Source: an uncultured virus (IMG/VR IMGVR_UViG_3300012000_002192)
Taxonomy: Duplodnaviria > Heunggongvirae > Uroviricota > Caudoviricetes
Strand: one strand, 5' to 3'
Length of the DNA stretch: 64,000 nt
Virus record (IMG/VR): IMGVR_UViG_3300012000_002192
Span: 1-64,000 of that record
Within the stretch, counting starts at the first letter, position 1. Every line of letters starts with the position of its first letter. Both the position numbers and the translations under genes were made by a program. The notes under the pieces were generated by a model. It searched no databases, was not told the origin of the DNA, and saw nothing but the letters and a program-made list of their open reading frames with translations. This document shows, piece after piece, positions 60,519 through 64,000 of this stretch.

Positions 60519-62045
60519 GTGCTAGTTGAGACGCAATATTTACCAAATAGTAAAAAGTTAGTAGTCAGTTTTGTTGACAAAAGCGGGGATATTAAGTTAA
60601 AGTATTTCAATTGGGACAATCCTATGAAGTACGTCTCATGCGAGGATACTGATCCACAAAAACACCCCCAATTTAGATCCTGGGATGGAAAATCGGTAAA
60701 GCAGATAGAAGTCTCACAGCCTGATAGATATGCTGTCTATGAATTTTTAGATTCGCTACCAGAAGAAGAAACATCTGAAATTTTTGAATTCAACTTGCCA
60801 AAAATTTATTTTATTGATATTGAAACTGAGATTATAGATGGATTTCCTGAAGCGGCTGACGTTAAAGACGCAGCGGGAAATGTGGTTAAAGAGGGGGCTA
60901 TTACTCAAGTATTGTCAATATCCATAGTTTATGAAGATAAAATTATTTTGCTTGGTCTAAAAGATATGCCTGATGATATGCAAAATAGAATTATCACCAA
61001 CACTAACAAATATTTTGAAAAGTTTGGAACAGAATATAAATTCAAGTATGTAAAATATGAAGATGAGTTCGAGATGTTGCATGCCTTTTTTTACAAAATG
61101 GTTCCAAAAATGCCGCTTCTAACTGGTTGGAACTTTATAAATTATGACTGGGTCTACCTTGTTAATAGGGCCAGAAAAATATCTAAATGGGTCAATGGTA
61201 GAGAATATACTATAAATCCGGCCGTTTCTTCATTTACTAAAAGAATTACTAAAATGTGGGGTAACGAATGTGAGGTTCCTGCGCATAGAATGATATTCGA
61301 TTACATGCAACTTTATGAAATTTGCGACACATCAATTAAAGTTAAAGAATCATCGTCATTGGATTTCGTGTCACATAAATTAGTGGGAGTTGAAAAAATT
61401 AAATATACTGGTTCGCTTCAAAAACTATATGAAGATGATTTCGAGACGTTTATGTATTATAACGCAGTTGACTCGGTGTTGGTTCAAAAAATCCACGAGT
61501 CTAGAAATTATATTTCCATAATCTATGCGATTTCTTCGCTGGCTAAAATTCGAATAGTTGATGTTGTTTCTCAAATGAACAACGCACTTGGTTCTTTAGC
61601 CATCACAGAAGGAGTTTTAAGAAATAAGTTTAGAAAAATGGATAATATTGTTCTTTTCCGTGATGAAAAGGGTGATGCTGAATCAACAATTGCCGGTGGG
61701 TGGGTTAAAGACCCTGTTGTTGGTATGAACCAGTGGGTTGTTACTTATGACTTTGCATCACTTTATCCTACAACGCAAAGACAGTTTTTTATTGCTCCTG
61801 AGACTTTTGTTGGTCTCCAAGATGAAAAAGATAAAACTAAATGCACAAATGGTAGACCTATCGATAGTGAAAAACATGTGCTTTGTGTGAACGGTGTTGT
61901 ATTTGAAAAAAGAAAATCCCCAACTCTAAGAATGCTTGAAGATGTTTATGCTGATAGAAAAAAGAATAAAAAAATTATGATGCAAAAAAAAGAAGAGTTG
62001 AAAGAAGTTCAGGATCAGATAAAAAAATTAGAATCCGAAATTTAA
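60519..62045 (+). CDS. Family-B DNA polymerase, N-terminal part of a split gp43-like enzyme
   Basis: Exo I DIETE, Exo II GWN...YD, Exo III YNAVD, GGWV, motif A DFASLYP; ends in the fingers without motifs B and C. Confidence 0.9.
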   Translation: MLVETQYLPNSKKLVVSFVDKSGDIKLKYFNWDNPMKYVSCEDTDPQKHPQFRSWDGKSVKQIEVSQPDRYAVYEFLDSLPEEETSEIFEFNLPKIYFIDIETEIIDGFPEAADVKDAAGNVVKEGAITQVLSISIVYEDKIILLGLKDMPDDMQNRIITNTNKYFEKFGTEYKFKYVKYEDEFEMLHAFFYKMVPKMPLLTGWNFINYDWVYLVNRARKISKWVNGREYTINPAVSSFTKRITKMWGNECEVPAHRMIFDYMQLYEICDTSIKVKESSSLDFVSHKLVGVEKIKYTGSLQKLYEDDFETFMYYNAVDSVLVQKIHESRNYISIIYAISSLAKIRIVDVVSQMNNALGSLAITEGVLRNKFRKMDNIVLFRDEKGDAESTIAGGWVKDPVVGMNQWVVTYDFASLYPTTQRQFFIAPETFVGLQDEKDKTKCTNGRPIDSEKHVLCVNGVVFEKRKSPTLRMLEDVYADRKKNKKIMMQKKEELKEVQDQIKKLESEI

Positions 62046-62099
62046 TAAAAAAAGAATTAGGAGTTAATATATAGATTGTATAAAAATACAATTTATTTT

Positions 62100-63740
62100 A
62101 TGAAAGTTAAAAATTATTCCAACTACTCTAAATTATATGAGTCTAAATTAATAGAAAGTAGATTCTTATCTGAGGAAAATATTTCTGTTGAAGATATAAT
62201 CAAACCTATCGAGGGATTAATTACCGAAGAGCTTATTGGTAAGTGGTTAAAGGACAAATACCAAAAAGGAAAAGCCGCTGTAAAATCAGTTATTAGGGGT
62301 GTCGGAGATGTTATTTCAAGAGTATTTAATGGAGTTGTTAATTTCTTCAAAAACTTTTCAATTAAAAAGTTAATTTCAGCCGTTTCTCAAAAAATCAAAG
62401 AAATAGGATCTGGCATGTTTCAAAAGGTAAAAGACCTCCTAAGTGGATTTAGCGATTTTATTGTAAGAAATGGACTTTGTGATGAAAATAACCGACCTAA
62501 TTTCAAAAATATCTGGGCATACCTTTGTAGGAGTGCAAAAAATTTAGTGGATTGGTCTAAAGAAGGATTTAGTGAAGATAAACTTCAACAAGTGGGGAAT
62601 AATGTTAGGATTTCAGAATCTGCTAACGACATAGGTGATGATGAAATACACCATTATGGCATGTTTGAAAAACTGGCTTATGCATTAGGAATCAAAAATG
62701 CTAGATTTAACGGAGTGGTTTCACAGATTGTAAAAAAAGGAACCATTGGTTTAATCATTATGGGCATCCTAAAATTAGCCGGTATTTCATTAGCTGGTGT
62801 GTTGGCCGGGATGAGTCCAATTTTGATGGCAGCAATTGGTGGTATGTTACTTATGGCCGGCTTAATTATATTGGCTATTTGGATATGTAAGCCTTATCCA
62901 ACGGTTGAGGATTGTCTGGCGTATCTGGGTAACTATTTTTCCAATAAATCTAAAGAAGAATACATATCATCTGATGACATTGAAGAAATTTCTAATGATT
63001 TTGAAGAGGTTATTGACGAAAAACCAAAAGTTGATTCTCAATCATTGAAGTCTATTTATCCAGAAATGATTAAAAATCTACAATCTCTTAAAAGTATGAT
63101 TATTTCTTTTGGTGGCGTTGGATTAGAAAATGACGAATTATCTAAATCACAGGGTATTAAATCAAAGTCTAATAAAGTTACAGCAAAAAATATGTCTGTA
63201 GTTGGGGAGTCCATTAAAAGTTTTGCAATTTTTGAAAAAGAATTTTCAAAACAACCAAGAAAGGTAACAATTACTGCTGCTGAAGACTATCTTGTTCAAG
63301 CTTACAAGAATATCCAAAAATCTATGAATAATATAGTTGACCAAAAAGATAAAGGAATTGGAGTAACAGAACAGTTTATAGATGATATACTTCAGAAAAA
63401 ATTAGATAGTCCTTCTAAGGATGTTATCAAATCACTATATAATGATATCTACGAACACCTTTATGGTAAATACTCTAAAACACTGCCTGATTTTGGTCCT
63501 TTATATAAAGAAAGTATTGACATCATATCTGATAAAAATAAGAGAAAGGTAGTGGCTGAAAAAATGGCTCGACTGGCAAAAAGAACTCTACAATTCGAAG
63601 GTGAAAACATGTATTCAGCACTTGGAGAATTTGGAGCCGATATGAAAGACTTCAATACCTCACTTAAAAAAATAATGGAGTATTACAAAAGTCAAGATTC
63701 GGTGAGTGAAATGTTTTCATTTAAAAAATTTACAAAATAA
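62100..63740 (+). CDS. Putative internal virion protein with hydrophobic hairpin
   Basis: MKVKNYSNY tag, about 50-aa hydrophobic segment, C-terminal domain paralogous to 21301..24012. Confidence 0.6.
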   Translation: MKVKNYSNYSKLYESKLIESRFLSEENISVEDIIKPIEGLITEELIGKWLKDKYQKGKAAVKSVIRGVGDVISRVFNGVVNFFKNFSIKKLISAVSQKIKEIGSGMFQKVKDLLSGFSDFIVRNGLCDENNRPNFKNIWAYLCRSAKNLVDWSKEGFSEDKLQQVGNNVRISESANDIGDDEIHHYGMFEKLAYALGIKNARFNGVVSQIVKKGTIGLIIMGILKLAGISLAGVLAGMSPILMAAIGGMLLMAGLIILAIWICKPYPTVEDCLAYLGNYFSNKSKEEYISSDDIEEISNDFEEVIDEKPKVDSQSLKSIYPEMIKNLQSLKSMIISFGGVGLENDELSKSQGIKSKSNKVTAKNMSVVGESIKSFAIFEKEFSKQPRKVTITAAEDYLVQAYKNIQKSMNNIVDQKDKGIGVTEQFIDDILQKKLDSPSKDVIKSLYNDIYEHLYGKYSKTLPDFGPLYKESIDIISDKNKRKVVAEKMARLAKRTLQFEGENMYSALGEFGADMKDFNTSLKKIMEYYKSQDSVSEMFSFKKFTK

Positions 63741-63741
63741 T

Positions 63742-64000
63742 ATGAACAGAATAATCAAGTTTGATGAATTTACCACTGAGGGATTGGCTTCTTTTGGAGC
63801 AAAGATGAGAAGAACAGTTACTGGTCAATCTGCTGGTGATGAATTAGATAAACTTCCTCAGAGTGATTTGACTAAATTGAGAAATCTTTATATTCAAGAT
63901 CCTACTGAAGCTGCAAAATATCTAAGAAGTATAATTATTAGAGAAAAAAATAACCAATTTGGTATTGGATTGGCACTAACGGTTGCCGGGGCGGCTTTAA
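63742..64000 (+). CDS. Partial ORF (runs off the window) with tag-like N-terminus
   Basis: MNRIIKFDEFTTEG..., open to the end of the window. Confidence 0.65.
   Translation, partial: MNRIIKFDEFTTEGLASFGAKMRRTVTGQSAGDELDKLPQSDLTKLRNLYIQDPTEAAKYLRSIIIREKNNQFGIGLALTVAGAAL

Noticed and set aside
61900..62045. Split intein at the end of the PolB fragment
   Set aside because: No Cys/Ser-initiated block A; the tail is a plain coiled coil
1..64000. Stop-codon reassignment as in some large phages
   Set aside because: Long genes are intact in code 11, and TAG and TGA end genes at sensible, tightly packed positions (for example 9142, 24012, 24557)

Overview
AT-rich, densely coded segment of a large T4-related myovirus (jumbo-phage type) genome in the standard genetic code. 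The host is probably Bacteroidota: A-rich translation starts without Shine-Dalgarno, a TTG-N19-TATATTTG promoter, and Bacteroidota-type ClpS, GSII and DUF6576 tails. It carries T4-like virion and packaging genes (gp2, gp4, gp15, gp16, gp17, gp18, gp19, gp25, gp26, tape measure, a 1934-aa baseplate-like protein). Replication and repair genes include a gp44 clamp loader, gp47, ThyA, an adenine methylase, an N-terminal half of a split family-B polymerase, a PolA-superfamily protein and a NEIL1-like glycosylase. Auxiliary genes include glutamine synthetase II and a glycosyltransferase/sulfotransferase cluster. Main findings: (1) the large terminase is fractured at its Walker A motif by an atypically split intein, with an inverted homing endonuclease between the halves that sits back-to-back with the downstream half across a shared TATATATA element; (2) two recurrent promoter-like motifs, TATATATA and AAC-N18-TATAA; (3) a family of unrelated proteins with a T4 capsid-targeting-like N-terminal tag; (4) a late sigma gene whose conserved N-terminus has no ATG; (5) a metazoan-NEIL1-like enzyme. 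All family assignments come from motif recognition by eye and memory, not database searches.
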